IMG/VR virus record: IMGVR_UViG_3300019926_000028
Coordinates: 1-56,382 of that record
Source of the DNA: a virus
Taxonomy: Duplodnaviria > Caudoviricetes
Length of the DNA: 56,382 nucleotides
Reading direction: 5' to 3' (one strand)
Shown here: positions 36,720 through 47,248 of the stretch, in pieces
How the letters are laid out: each line of letters begins with the position of its first letter
Numbering within the stretch: position 1 is the stretch's first letter
The notes under the pieces: generated by a model
What the model saw: only the letters and a program-made list of their open reading frames with translations
Told to the model about the DNA's origin: nothing
Database searches by the model: none
Position numbers and translations under genes: made by a program

Positions 36720-38786
36720 ATGGCAGACCAGTCAACCCGCAAGTCGCTTGACGCTATCAATCAGGAGTACCGAAACAGCATCCCCGAAGATATCCGAGAA
36801 TCGTATTCCTTTGAATGGTATCTTGACGAGGTTTACAATTCGCCACTCATCACCCGAAACGCACATCAGCGAGTTGCTGATATGTTTGAATATTTCGGGA
36901 CTGAATACGACGAAGACACGGGTATTGTCGAATACAAACTAGCCAGCGAAGACCCGCTTCATGATGGTGATAACGTCTTCTTTGGACGTGAAGTTCATGA
37001 AGCAATTCACGAGTTTGTGAATAAGGTTTATTCGGGTGCGCGTGGCCTTGGCCCGGAAAAGCGAATTAAACTTCTTCTTGGGCCGGTTGGGTCTGGCAAG
37101 TCTCACTTTGATTCGCGGCTTCGAAAGTATTTTGAAGAGTATACTCAGCGGGAAGAAGGACGGATGTACACTTTCCGGTGGACGAATCTTTGTGATGTGA
37201 TTGAAGATCAAGACCCATCTGATGATACTGTTCGTTCAGCGATGAATCAAGACCCGATTGTTCTTCTTCCCGAAGATCAACGGCGGGAGATTTTTGATTC
37301 ACTTAATCAGTCTGTTGATGCTGATTATAGGTTGGATAATAAGCAGTCTCTCGATCCACGAAGCGAATTCTTCATGGATGAACTGCTTGATTATTACGAT
37401 GATGATCTTCTCGCTGTTTTAGAGAATCACGTTGAAGTTATCCGTCTCATCGCAAATGAAAACCGCCGTCGTTGTGTTGAAACGTTTGAACCGAAGGATA
37501 AGAAAAATCAGGATGAAACGGAACTGACGGGGGATATTAATTACAGTAAGATTGCCGTGTATGGCGAATCTGACCCTCGTTCGTTTGAATATTCGGGAGC
37601 ATTCTGTAATGCCAATCGTGGTATTTTCTCCGGTGAAGAGTTGCTAAAGCTACAGAAGGAATTCCTGTATGATTTCCTTCACGCTACACAGGAGAAAACC
37701 ATCAAGCCACGAAATAATCCACGAATGGATATTGATCAAGTGATTGTCGGTCGAACGAATATGCCTGAGTATACTGAAAAGAAGGGGGATGAGAAGATGG
37801 AAGCATTCAACGACCGGACGAAGCGGATTGATTATCCATACGTGCTTGAGTATTCCGAAGAGGCTAATATATATGAAAAGATGCTTAATAATGCCTCTGT
37901 TCCGGAGGTTCATGTCGAACCGCACACGCTTGAAATGGCTGGTTTGTTCAGCGTAATGACGCGGGTTGATGAACCCGATACAGATAATATTGATCTGCTT
38001 CAGAAGGTGAAGGCGTATAATGGCGAAGATGGTGATATTGGTGATATTGATGTTCACAAGCTTCGTGAAGAATCCGAAGAGGAAGGGATGTATGGTGTCT
38101 CTGCCCGTTTTGTTGGCGACGAGATTTCCGAGGCTATTGTTACCCGGCTTCATGATGATAACAATTCACTATCCTCTCTTGCTGTTCTACGACACCTAGA
38201 ACAGAACCTAGAGAGTCACGGTTCGATTCCCGAAGACAACTACGACGATTACTATACCTACATCGAAGAAGTTCAGGAAGAATACAAAGACCGTGCTATT
38301 GAAGATGTTCGATACGCTCTCGCTTACAATACTGATGAAATCCAGCGAGAGGGGGAGAAGTACATGGATAACGTTGTGGCGTATATTGATGATGATAAGA
38401 TTGAAGATGATATCACGGGTGAAATGGTTGAACCTGATGAGCAATTCATGCGGTCTGTGGAGGAAGAGCTAGATATCCCCCGTGATCGGAAAGATGATTT
38501 CCGACAAGAAATCTCCAATTGGGTTACTCGTCGCGCCCGAAGTGGTGAAGACTTTGATCCGACCGACAATGACCGTCTTCTCCGCGCTCTTGAACGAAAG
38601 AATTGGAGCGATAAGAAGCATAATATTAACTTTTCTGCTTTGATTCAAAGTGATAGTGATGGTGATTCAGAGGAACGAAGCGATTGGATCGAAGCACTCA
38701 AAGAGCGTGGATACTCCGAAGAAGGCGCTCGGGAAGTTCTTGAATTCGCTGGTGCAGAGGTTGCTAAGGAGGAAATTGACGGATAA
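36720..38786 (+). CDS. prkA: PrkA/YeaG-family AAA+ ATPase / serine kinase 1
   Basis: RNAHQR, LLGPVGSGKS, DETELTGD, ANRG, EELLK, EAFNDR, PYVL, APHT-like EPHTLE. Confidence 0.9.
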   Translation: MADQSTRKSLDAINQEYRNSIPEDIRESYSFEWYLDEVYNSPLITRNAHQRVADMFEYFGTEYDEDTGIVEYKLASEDPLHDGDNVFFGREVHEAIHEFVNKVYSGARGLGPEKRIKLLLGPVGSGKSHFDSRLRKYFEEYTQREEGRMYTFRWTNLCDVIEDQDPSDDTVRSAMNQDPIVLLPEDQRREIFDSLNQSVDADYRLDNKQSLDPRSEFFMDELLDYYDDDLLAVLENHVEVIRLIANENRRRCVETFEPKDKKNQDETELTGDINYSKIAVYGESDPRSFEYSGAFCNANRGIFSGEELLKLQKEFLYDFLHATQEKTIKPRNNPRMDIDQVIVGRTNMPEYTEKKGDEKMEAFNDRTKRIDYPYVLEYSEEANIYEKMLNNASVPEVHVEPHTLEMAGLFSVMTRVDEPDTDNIDLLQKVKAYNGEDGDIGDIDVHKLREESEEEGMYGVSARFVGDEISEAIVTRLHDDNNSLSSLAVLRHLEQNLESHGSIPEDNYDDYYTYIEEVQEEYKDRAIEDVRYALAYNTDEIQREGEKYMDNVVAYIDDDKIEDDITGEMVEPDEQFMRSVEEELDIPRDRKDDFRQEISNWVTRRARSGEDFDPTDNDRLLRALERKNWSDKKHNINFSALIQSDSDGDSEERSDWIEALKERGYSEEGAREVLEFAGAEVAKEEIDG

Positions 38787-38789
38787 GGC

Positions 38790-40943
38790 ATGACTAATCC
38801 AATCCAAAAGGCCGAAGAAGAATACTCCCAGAGGGAGAGTGAAGAATACTCTCTTGAAGAGTTTCTTGAGTACGCTAAAGAAAATCCAAACACGGTTTCC
38901 AATTCGGTGCAGTATCTCGTGAATGCGATTGAGCATTTCGGAACGAGAACTGTTATCGAATATGGTGAAGAGAAGGAACGCTACCGTTTCTTCGATGACC
39001 CCGTGAACGATGGTGAACACGCCGTTCTTGGAAACACAGAAGAGTTAAACAAATTCGTTGATTCGCTGAAGCGAAAAGCATCTTCGGATGGTGAAAACGA
39101 TAAGATAATCTGGTTCACGGGGCCAACAGCGACGGGCAAATCAGAGCTAAAGCGTTGTCTATTGAATGGACTGCAAGCGTATGCGAATACGGAAGAAGGA
39201 CGTAGATATACGCTCAAGTGGAGTCTCGATTCATTATCAACATCGGGAATGACGTATGGTGATGAATTTAGAGGTGAAAGGGATTGGTATAAGAGTCCTG
39301 TCCATGTCAATCCGCTCGCCGTTTTGCCAGATTCAGTTAGAGAGGAATATCTTGAAGAATTAAACGAGGATAGTGAATCATACGTCCGTTTCGATGGAAG
39401 ACTTGACCCGTTTAGTCGGGTTGCATACGATCATCTCCAAGATGAATATGATTCATTTTCCGATATCGTTTCAGATGATCATTTAAAAGTTGTTTCTTAT
39501 ATTCCCGATATTGGAGAAGGATTTGGGTTGCTTCAATCAGAGGATGGTGGTGATCCAAAGCAGAGGATTGTTGGTTCTTGGATGCAAGAATCGATGCAGG
39601 AATATGCAGAGCGAGGTAGAAAGAACGCACAAGCGTTTACATACGATGGAGTGCTTTCACAAGGTAATTCATTGGTTTCTGTTGTGGAAGACGCACAGCA
39701 CCATTCTGAGGTGTTTACAAAACTAATGAATGTGTGCGAAGAAGATATAGTCAAGCTGGATAACAAGATTGCGATGCATATTGATTCTGTTATAATTTGC
39801 ATCTCCAATCCGGATTTTGAAGCGGCTTTAAACGAATTTGAAGACGCCGGTTCAAAAGACCCACAGAAGGCACTCCGCCGAAGACTTGAAAAATATCAAT
39901 TTAGATACCTCACAAGCTTGGTGCTTGAAACCCAACTTCTCATTAAACACCTTACAAAAAGGAATGTCTTTTGGGAGAATGAAGACGTTGAAGAGTTGGT
40001 AGAGCGCGTTTCTACACCGATTGAGAAGTATGGAACGCACTTCAGCCCCCATGCAATTGAAGCGGCTGCATACTTTAATGTATTAACTCGTATTGAACCC
40101 GGAGATATTGGGAAAAATAATAAGATTCAATACTACGATAAAGGATATAATATTGTAGATGATGAGAAAGTTGAATATGATGAAAAGATGGTGCTTTCAG
40201 AGGCGGATGGGAGAGAAGGTCTTCCTGTAACCTATACTGAAGATATACTTTCTCAACTTGCTCAAGAATTTGAAGGTCCGGTCATGCCACACGACGTAAT
40301 TGAAGCAATGAAAGAAGGTCTTCAGGGTTCGCCTATATTCTCCGATGATGAGAGAACTGACTATAAAATGGAAAAGGGGAACGTTAAAGCATATATCTCA
40401 GACGAGATGAGGAAAGACGTTCTTGAAGCTATTATTGCTGGTGATGATGTAACTAAAGATGAAATTGATTCTTATGTTGATTCTATTATTGCATGGGATG
40501 AAAATGATGAAGAAAACTACGACGCATATGAACTTCGGGAGTTTGAGAAGAAATATTTCAACTCTGCTTCCGGAGAATATGGAGAAAATGCTGAACCTTC
40601 GAATTTGATTGAATCTTTCCGAGAAGATAAAATCATTCAACCACTCAACAGGTACTACTATGAAAATTCGGATGACGGATACGATCCGGAGAACATTCCG
40701 ATAGAGGAAAGTCATGTCTTAAAAACGCTTCTTGAAGATGAGTCGTGGAAGCGTGTTGAACAGCTATATCCGAATCTTGATTATGCTCTATGGGAGAACC
40801 CACCGGAAAACTCCGAAACCGAAGAGGTTAAAAATAAGGCGATAGAAAATATGAAGGAAATGGGGTACACTGATGAATCAGCAAAACTAGCGTCAACACG
40901 GATTATTAGAGCGAGAAAGGAGGTGGCTAATAATGGGACTTAG
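38790..40943 (+). CDS. prkA: PrkA/YeaG-family ATPase 2
   Basis: RYRFFDDP, GPTATGKS, YDGVLSQGN, ISNP, ALRRRL, SPHAIE. Confidence 0.85.
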   Translation: MTNPIQKAEEEYSQRESEEYSLEEFLEYAKENPNTVSNSVQYLVNAIEHFGTRTVIEYGEEKERYRFFDDPVNDGEHAVLGNTEELNKFVDSLKRKASSDGENDKIIWFTGPTATGKSELKRCLLNGLQAYANTEEGRRYTLKWSLDSLSTSGMTYGDEFRGERDWYKSPVHVNPLAVLPDSVREEYLEELNEDSESYVRFDGRLDPFSRVAYDHLQDEYDSFSDIVSDDHLKVVSYIPDIGEGFGLLQSEDGGDPKQRIVGSWMQESMQEYAERGRKNAQAFTYDGVLSQGNSLVSVVEDAQHHSEVFTKLMNVCEEDIVKLDNKIAMHIDSVIICISNPDFEAALNEFEDAGSKDPQKALRRRLEKYQFRYLTSLVLETQLLIKHLTKRNVFWENEDVEELVERVSTPIEKYGTHFSPHAIEAAAYFNVLTRIEPGDIGKNNKIQYYDKGYNIVDDEKVEYDEKMVLSEADGREGLPVTYTEDILSQLAQEFEGPVMPHDVIEAMKEGLQGSPIFSDDERTDYKMEKGNVKAYISDEMRKDVLEAIIAGDDVTKDEIDSYVDSIIAWDENDEENYDAYELREFEKKYFNSASGEYGENAEPSNLIESFREDKIIQPLNRYYYENSDDGYDPENIPIEESHVLKTLLEDESWKRVEQLYPNLDYALWENPPENSETEEVKNKAIENMKEMGYTDESAKLASTRIIRARKEVANNGT

Positions 40944-42219
40944 AGAGGATTTGGATAGATTCAAAAAGATCGGTGAAGAAGAGCGGCAAGATTTGGTAGA
41001 ATTTATCAAACACGGAGAGATGGAAAGCGGTGATATTAAAATCCCCATCAAAGTTGTAGACCTTCCGGAGTTTGAATATGATCAGTTCTCTATGGGCGGT
41101 GTCGGGCAAGGCGAAGGTGAGGTTGGTGATCCCGTTGATGTTGATGCAGAAGAGGAAGGTGAAGGTGAAGAAGATGAAGCAGGAGAAGACGGGGGAGAGC
41201 ATGGATACTACGAGATGGACCCCGAAGAGTTTGCTCAAGAGTTGGATGACCGTCTCGGTCTTGACCTTGACCCAAAGGGAAAGAAGGTAAAAGAAATCAC
41301 AGAAGGTGCGTTAGTTGAAAAAGTTCGAAGCGGGCCTGATGCAACCGTTGATTTTGAAGAGTTATATAAGAAAGGACTAAAGCGAGAACTTGCACTTTTC
41401 TTTGATGAGGATTACATCCGAGAAGTGATGAAAGTTGCAGGCTTCGGTGTTGAACAGACATTTGATTGGGCTAGAGGAAATAATATCCCCGTTTCAAAGG
41501 GTTGGATTCAAAACGAATATAGAAATATATCACAACCGACAAAGTACAAATCAATAGATGAAATCGAACAAGAACGGCGAAGGCAACCGACAGCAAGAGA
41601 ACTTAGCTCGGTGCAACTCCGACGAGAAGACAAGAGACACAAGTACCCGGAAATCAGTAAAGAATACGAGAAGAACGCGGTTATTGTCTTCATTAGAGAC
41701 GTTTCCGGTTCGATGGGTAAAAGCAAACGGGACTTGGTTGAGCGTGTATTTACTCCGTTAGATTGGTATCTGACAGGTAAGTATGATAATGCCGAATTCC
41801 ACTACATCGCTCACGATGCTGAAGCTTGGGAAGTGGAACGAGAGAAGTTCTTTGGAATAAAGTCTGGTGGAGGAACGAAGATTTCTTCAGCATACTTACT
41901 TGCTCAAGAAATACTTGATTCCGAATACCCGTGGAGTGAATGGAACAGGTATGTCTTCGCAGCAGGTGATGGTGAGAATTGGATGCAAGACACAGAAGAA
42001 GAAGTTATTCCATTAATGGAAGAAATTGATTGCAATCTTCATGGATATGTTCAAGTTCAGAGCGATGGTCAATATGGTATAACTTCATCGGGAGTGCATG
42101 GGGAAGAGGTTGAAGACCACTTCGGAGACGATAGTAATGTCGCTGTTACATACATAGACGATAAAGATGACGTGATGGAATCGATTGAAGATATTCTTTC
42201 AACGGAGGATTCAGAATGA
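40933..42219 (+). CDS. yeaH: YeaH/YhbH (DUF444) vWA-domain protein
   Basis: MGLREDLDRF, GGVGQG, RDVSGSM MIDAS, SGGGTKISSAY, WNRY...GDGEN. Confidence 0.88.
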   Translation: MGLREDLDRFKKIGEEERQDLVEFIKHGEMESGDIKIPIKVVDLPEFEYDQFSMGGVGQGEGEVGDPVDVDAEEEGEGEEDEAGEDGGEHGYYEMDPEEFAQELDDRLGLDLDPKGKKVKEITEGALVEKVRSGPDATVDFEELYKKGLKRELALFFDEDYIREVMKVAGFGVEQTFDWARGNNIPVSKGWIQNEYRNISQPTKYKSIDEIEQERRRQPTARELSSVQLRREDKRHKYPEISKEYEKNAVIVFIRDVSGSMGKSKRDLVERVFTPLDWYLTGKYDNAEFHYIAHDAEAWEVEREKFFGIKSGGGTKISSAYLLAQEILDSEYPWSEWNRYVFAAGDGENWMQDTEEEVIPLMEEIDCNLHGYVQVQSDGQYGITSSGVHGEEVEDHFGDDSNVAVTYIDDKDDVMESIEDILSTEDSE

Positions 42220-43961
42220 TTGACTCAATTGAAAAGAAGAAAGAGAACATCAGTAGAGAATTGGAGGAAGTGGCCGAAGATTCGCACGAGTTAGCGGAAG
42301 AACTTGGTCTATCTCCACGAGATGTGAAATATTGGATCGTGGATAATACTGAGATGAATGAATTGATTTCATACGGTGGTTTTCAAAAACGTTATCCACA
42401 TTGGCGATGGGGGATGCAGTATGACCAACAGCGGAAGAAGAATCAATTCATGGGTGGAAAGGCGTTTGAAATCGTGAATAACGATGACCCGTGCCATGCT
42501 TTCCTTCAGATGAGTAATGATATTGCTGACCAAAAGGCAGTCATTACGCACGTTGAAGCCCACTCTGATTTCTTCGCTAATAATCAATGGTTTGCTGATG
42601 ATCCGAATTCTTCCGAAATGTTAGCCCGGAATTCTGAAAAGATTGAGGCTATCATGGAAGATACGGACGTTGAACGTGCTGAAGTTGAGAAGTGGATTGA
42701 CAATATCCTATGTCTAGAAGACAATATAGACCAATATTCTGAATTTATCTGGCGAGATTTGAGTGAAGATGAAAAAGAAGATTCATCTAAAGAAAATCCA
42801 CTTGAAAATCTTAATTTGAGCGATGATGTGGAGAGAGCAGTTGTAGATGATTTGAACGAAGCAAAAAGTGTTGAATCATATCTCGACACCACCGAGAAAG
42901 ATATTCTTAAGTTCTTAATTGATAATGGCAAACAATATGATGGCGAAACTTCCCGAGAATATGAAGATTGGCAGTTAGAGATTCTTGATATTCTTCGTGA
43001 AGAAGCATATTACTTTGCCCCACAGAAGATGACGAAGGTGATGAATGAGGGTTGGGCGGCAATTTGGGAGAGCATCATGATGACTGATGAGCAGATTGCC
43101 GATGAAGAGGATTTAATCAAGTATGCAGATCATATGAGTGCTGTTCTCAACAGTCCCGGCTTCAATCCATATAGTCTCGGAATGACGCTATGGCAACATA
43201 TTGAAAACACGGTTAACCGAAGGGAAGTAGTGGATAAACTGCTTCGGATTGAAGGTATTACGCCCGATAACTTCCGTAGAAGCATCGATTTCCAGAAAGT
43301 CCACGATGCTCTCGATAAAAGAGATTCGGATGATGTTGTAGAGCGAAATTACTCTCTTACCCGCATTGGAAACCAAGGGTTCATTCAAGAAATACCGCTT
43401 GAAGAGCTTCGAAAGAGTTACCGATATGTTGTAGATCGTGACCGTTACAATAGTATAGAAGGAGCATTGCAAGATGTTGATTATGGGCGTGGATGGGAAC
43501 GGATGAGAGAAATCCGCGAAGCCTATAACGATGTGATGTTTATTGACGAATTCTTAACGCAAGAGTTTGTTGATGATCAGGAATTCTTCACCTACGAATA
43601 TAGAATTTCCGATCAAGAGTTTGAAGTTGCAAGTCGTGATGTTGAAGATGTTCGAAAGAAGCTTCTGTTGAAATTCACGAACTTCGGTAAGCCGACTATT
43701 GAAGTAGCAACAGATAACTTTAGAAACAGCGGCGAATTGCTACTGCTTCACAAGTTTAATGGCGTTGTTATCAATCTTGAATCAGCACAGGAGGTGGTGA
43801 AAGCGAAGAGTGGGAAGCGAGGTATGAAATACCATACCGTTAGAGACTGTCAATTTCTACGGTCAGCAGATAATGTACGAGCGCCAACCGAGAGTGAATT
43901 AGAGTGGCACGAACCCGAAGAGTGTTCAAACTGCAAGCAGATTAGGGAGAATAATGAGTAA
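42216..43961 (+). CDS. spoVR: SpoVR/YcgB-family protein with an atypical C-terminus
   Basis: RYPHWRWG, FEIVNN, HVEAHSDFF, YFAPQKMTKVMNEGWA, FNPY.LG, NDVMFI, GKPTI, ELLLLH. Confidence 0.88.
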   Translation: MIDSIEKKKENISRELEEVAEDSHELAEELGLSPRDVKYWIVDNTEMNELISYGGFQKRYPHWRWGMQYDQQRKKNQFMGGKAFEIVNNDDPCHAFLQMSNDIADQKAVITHVEAHSDFFANNQWFADDPNSSEMLARNSEKIEAIMEDTDVERAEVEKWIDNILCLEDNIDQYSEFIWRDLSEDEKEDSSKENPLENLNLSDDVERAVVDDLNEAKSVESYLDTTEKDILKFLIDNGKQYDGETSREYEDWQLEILDILREEAYYFAPQKMTKVMNEGWAAIWESIMMTDEQIADEEDLIKYADHMSAVLNSPGFNPYSLGMTLWQHIENTVNRREVVDKLLRIEGITPDNFRRSIDFQKVHDALDKRDSDDVVERNYSLTRIGNQGFIQEIPLEELRKSYRYVVDRDRYNSIEGALQDVDYGRGWERMREIREAYNDVMFIDEFLTQEFVDDQEFFTYEYRISDQEFEVASRDVEDVRKKLLLKFTNFGKPTIEVATDNFRNSGELLLLHKFNGVVINLESAQEVVKAKSGKRGMKYHTVRDCQFLRSADNVRAPTESELEWHEPEECSNCKQIRENNE

Positions 43962-44124
43962 ATACGAAGAGTGTTATTTATGTAGCGGTGAAGTTGAGTC
44001 GGAAGTCGTTGCTGGATACAAGGAGTGGGTGTGTCAAGAGTGTGGAAATATCGTTGACTCCAACGAGATCATAGAAGAGCAAGAACACTACGAAGAAGGC
44101 GATAGTGTAGAGGTGATGGAATGA
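43954..44124 (+). CDS. Small zinc-ribbon protein
   Basis: Not in the ORF track: MSKYEECYLC...WVCQECG. Confidence 0.55.
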   Translation: MSKYEECYLCSGEVESEVVAGYKEWVCQECGNIVDSNEIIEEQEHYEEGDSVEVME

Positions 44125-44240
44125 CTGTTTTGTACCTCTGCCCCAAATGCGAGTCTTGTTACGGAGAGCCACGGCGACACCGCGACTGTGACGAGAAATA
44201 CTGCGGTCTTCCATATGAAGACGTGAAAGACAAAGTATAG
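44121..44240 (+). CDS. Small Cys-rich protein
   Basis: Not in the ORF track: MTVLYLCPKC...; ATGA-coupled with a GAGGTGA SD. Confidence 0.45.
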   Translation: MTVLYLCPKCESCYGEPRRHRDCDEKYCGLPYEDVKDKV

Positions 44241-44275
44241 AAAACATTTTTAAACCTCTACGTTAATACACAACT

Positions 44276-44638
44276 ATGGAGCCAGAAGAAGCTGCTGATT
44301 ATTGTCAGTCAGATCCGAATGGGCAATCAACCGAAAGAGAGTTTTCGGTAAACTTCACAAAAGAAGATAAGATGGCCTACGTTCACTCCACAATTGCTTC
44401 GCAAGGAAAGCGTCTTCTAAAGCATTCCGATGTGATAGTGGAGCGATTATCTGTGTATAACAAAGATAGTGAGGAATATTCCACACAGTCTCTTGAAGAA
44501 TTCGATGGTGGCAATAAAATTATATGGGGAATTAGTGGTAGAGTGCCAATTGAATCTTTGAAAATACAGTCAAATCCTCGGAGTCAGCGAAGCTATGCAA
44601 ATGTTATTTCGCCACAAACGGATGTTAATTTTGAATAA
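44276..44638 (+). CDS. Hypothetical protein
   Basis: Leaderless after GAAAACATTTTTAAA. Confidence 0.6.
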   Translation: MEPEEAADYCQSDPNGQSTEREFSVNFTKEDKMAYVHSTIASQGKRLLKHSDVIVERLSVYNKDSEEYSTQSLEEFDGGNKIIWGISGRVPIESLKIQSNPRSQRSYANVISPQTDVNFE

Positions 44639-44979
44639 TGGGAAGCACAATATTCGTAGATTTTGACAGTACAATAACAAAAGGCACAGGCGATCCGTGG
44701 TGGGTCGATTCGTTAGATGAAGAGCCACGTTGGGAAATGATTGAGTTGGTGAATGAGTTGTACAAGCAGAATCATACAATCATTATCTATACAGCACGAA
44801 GAGAAGACGTAAGAGAAGAAACCGAATACTTCCTGAACAAGTGGGACGTGTTCCATCACGCTCTTCGGATGGAAAAGCCGGGTTTCGATTTATTGATTGA
44901 TGACAGAGCAGTTTCAGATGAAATGGCTTTACAGTTAGGAGCAGAAGATATCCGTAAAAGGATTTTTGGCGATGACTGA
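44638..44979 (+). CDS. Small HAD-superfamily phosphatase
   Basis: FVDFDSTI, IYTAR, MEKP, LIDD. Confidence 0.8.
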   Translation: MGSTIFVDFDSTITKGTGDPWWVDSLDEEPRWEMIELVNELYKQNHTIIIYTARREDVREETEYFLNKWDVFHHALRMEKPGFDLLIDDRAVSDEMALQLGAEDIRKRIFGDD

Positions 44980-45379
44980 AATAGAACAACCGATTGAAGA
45001 AGGACAGCACTATGAACATACTCGTGGACAGATATATACAGTAGATTATCTGAACGATGATATAGTGTTGCTATATGATGGAGAGAATTACCGGCTTGAG
45101 CAGTTGGATCACTTTGCTAAAAGTATCGATAGTGGTCTGTATAAATTGAAACCCGATTTGGAAATCTCAACTTCTGAAATTAAGATTCCTTTTGAGGAAA
45201 TAGACCATATTGGAGAGAAGGCAAATGAGTCTTTGGAAAAAGCAGGTCTTTTTACACCGAAAGATTTCAGTTACAGGAACGATGAATCAATTCTTGAGCT
45301 TGAAGCGGTTGGTGAGACGGGATTAGAGAATATTAAAGAATGGATTGAGAACAACAAGACAGACACTATTGAATTATGA
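44966..45379 (+). CDS. Protein with a C-terminal HhH-like domain
   Basis: IDHIGEKANESLEKAG...LEAVGETGLENI. Confidence 0.6.
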   Translation: MAMTEIEQPIEEGQHYEHTRGQIYTVDYLNDDIVLLYDGENYRLEQLDHFAKSIDSGLYKLKPDLEISTSEIKIPFEEIDHIGEKANESLEKAGLFTPKDFSYRNDESILELEAVGETGLENIKEWIENNKTDTIEL

Positions 45380-45624
45380 AACGGAATGAAGACCGAATTT
45401 GGTTTGACAGAGGGTATAGTCAAGCAGTTAGTGATAGGAAAATAGAGTCGTTTCCTGCTAGGTTTACAGGTATTGGTTTCTTAGTTGCAATATCTTTCTT
45501 TGATCCTGCATTTTCAGCAGGCATATTTATTTTCTGGTCTATTCTTGAATATTTGGAATGGAGAGACGAGAAGAAATATGGGGTTGATCACGAAGTACCT
45601 AAAACATGGGAATGGCAAACCTAA
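45376..45624 (+). CDS. Small membrane protein
   Basis: Central hydrophobic hairpin. Confidence 0.55.
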   Translation: MKRNEDRIWFDRGYSQAVSDRKIESFPARFTGIGFLVAISFFDPAFSAGIFIFWSILEYLEWRDEKKYGVDHEVPKTWEWQT

Positions 45625-45648
45625 GACTTATATGCTTTCACATTCAAA

Positions 45649-45915
45649 GTGAAATGTATGCCATCGCTTGATGGAGCGGCTGTTGGAGGAATCGCATTAG
45701 CAAGTATTCTTGGTATCCTATTCGGTATTGGTGGTTTGATAGGAGCAGGTTATTGGACTTGGTTTAACGCACCGCCCGTTGGTGGAGAGTGGTGGTTCTA
45801 TATCCGCATTGTCGTTACAGTTGTGGCTGCAATGATAGGAGCTAAGGCTTCGGCTTTAGCTGGTTATATTGTTGGCGGGATCATCGGCAGTATTGCCGGA
45901 GGTATTTTTGGATGA
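45649..45915 (+). CDS. Gly-rich membrane protein
   Basis: Multiple GxxxG-containing hydrophobic helices. Confidence 0.6.
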   Translation: MKCMPSLDGAAVGGIALASILGILFGIGGLIGAGYWTWFNAPPVGGEWWFYIRIVVTVVAAMIGAKASALAGYIVGGIIGSIAGGIFG

Positions 45916-46152
45916 GACTTTGCTTCGTCTGTCGAAGGCCACGAGAGATAGTTGAAGAAGAAAATATTAAGCGAGAGCCTGTCTGTAAAAACTGTAGTAA
46001 CAATACAAAATATTCATGATTCCAATACTTGTTATCCGTGGAGAGCATGAAGAAAAACTTAAAGGCGTGTATAAAGCAGAAGATGTAGAAGAATTACAGA
46101 CTGCTATTGATGTGTTGATGGAGTATGAGAATATCAATGAGAATGAATCTGT

Positions 46153-46605
46153 TTGGTTAGAAATAGGCCGGGATCAAGAATGGTGAAAGGTAAACTTATT
46201 CGATGTTATTATCGTGCTGTTGGAAATAAGTTACTAAACGATACACTAACAGTAGAGTTTGAAGTAGACGGAGAGAGATATACACACAAGCTTCCCAATA
46301 AAAATTGGGCCTATACGGTTCCCGCATTACAGTTTATGGGATATGCAGGAATTAGACCAAGCGAATTTGATGGTTCCCAATATATCTTTGAAGAGGATAT
46401 TGCTGCACCGTTGATGATAGAAAATGGTGAGTATTATATTGATAATTCGGCGCTACAGTTGGGAATGAATCAGTTAGATCGAGAAAGTTGGTTTGATCCT
46501 GATGGAGACGTGTGGAATAGTGGAGAGAATAAAGCATTCGGTGGTATGAGTGTGGAACCGGGAACCGGGAATAGGGCTGGTGTTCCTGTAGATGATGAAA
46601 AATGA
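46153..46605 (+). CDS. Hypothetical protein
   Basis: Acidic ORF coupled to the next gene; start probably 46180. Confidence 0.6.
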   Translation: MVRNRPGSRMVKGKLIRCYYRAVGNKLLNDTLTVEFEVDGERYTHKLPNKNWAYTVPALQFMGYAGIRPSEFDGSQYIFEEDIAAPLMIENGEYYIDNSALQLGMNQLDRESWFDPDGDVWNSGENKAFGGMSVEPGTGNRAGVPVDDEK

Positions 46606-47216
46606 AAAATACTCTATTTGTACATGGGAATTTAGTAGATTCTTCTTGTTGGAATGATCTCATAGATTACTTAGTTGATAAAGGAGTATCGTCCAAAAAG
46701 TTATGGACTATTGATTTTGAAAACGTTGGAGAGCCACACGATTCAATGGCTGAACAGTTAGAAGATTTTTACATAGGCAATTTTGAAGGCCAAGAAATTA
46801 ATGTAGTTGGTCACAGTCTCGGTGCTACAGGTATTCGGTACTGGTTGGAGAAGCATGACCGATATGATTCAGTTGATTCAGTTGTTTACATGGCAGGAGC
46901 GATGCATGGAACGTATATGTGTATGCTAGAAGATTGGTTTAGTGATGATATTACTGAACCATGCGAACGCATCTCTGTCTCTTCCCTCAAAGATAAAGAT
47001 AATTTACTTGCTCAAATAAATTCAGAAAATGAGACTCCGGGGGATATTGAATACTATACTATCAGAGCGATGTTTGATAGATACTATACTTTCAATCCCA
47101 CGAGTCCAAAATTGAGAGGTGCTGAGAAAAATTTGTTAGTGGCATCCACACACCGTGGCCTTCTTACTAATCTTCAAGTGAAAGAAGCTCTTTACGAGTG
47201 GTTATTTGAAGAGTAA
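46602..47216 (+). CDS. Alpha/beta-hydrolase (lipase/esterase-like)
   Basis: FVHGN oxyanion motif, VGHSLG nucleophile elbow, AGAMHGT, ETPG, D and H near the C-terminus. Confidence 0.8.
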   Translation: MKNTLFVHGNLVDSSCWNDLIDYLVDKGVSSKKLWTIDFENVGEPHDSMAEQLEDFYIGNFEGQEINVVGHSLGATGIRYWLEKHDRYDSVDSVVYMAGAMHGTYMCMLEDWFSDDITEPCERISVSSLKDKDNLLAQINSENETPGDIEYYTIRAMFDRYYTFNPTSPKLRGAEKNLLVASTHRGLLTNLQVKEALYEWLFEE

Positions 47217-47248
47217 GAGTTTTAAGTTTTGCGCTGTAACTATTTTAC

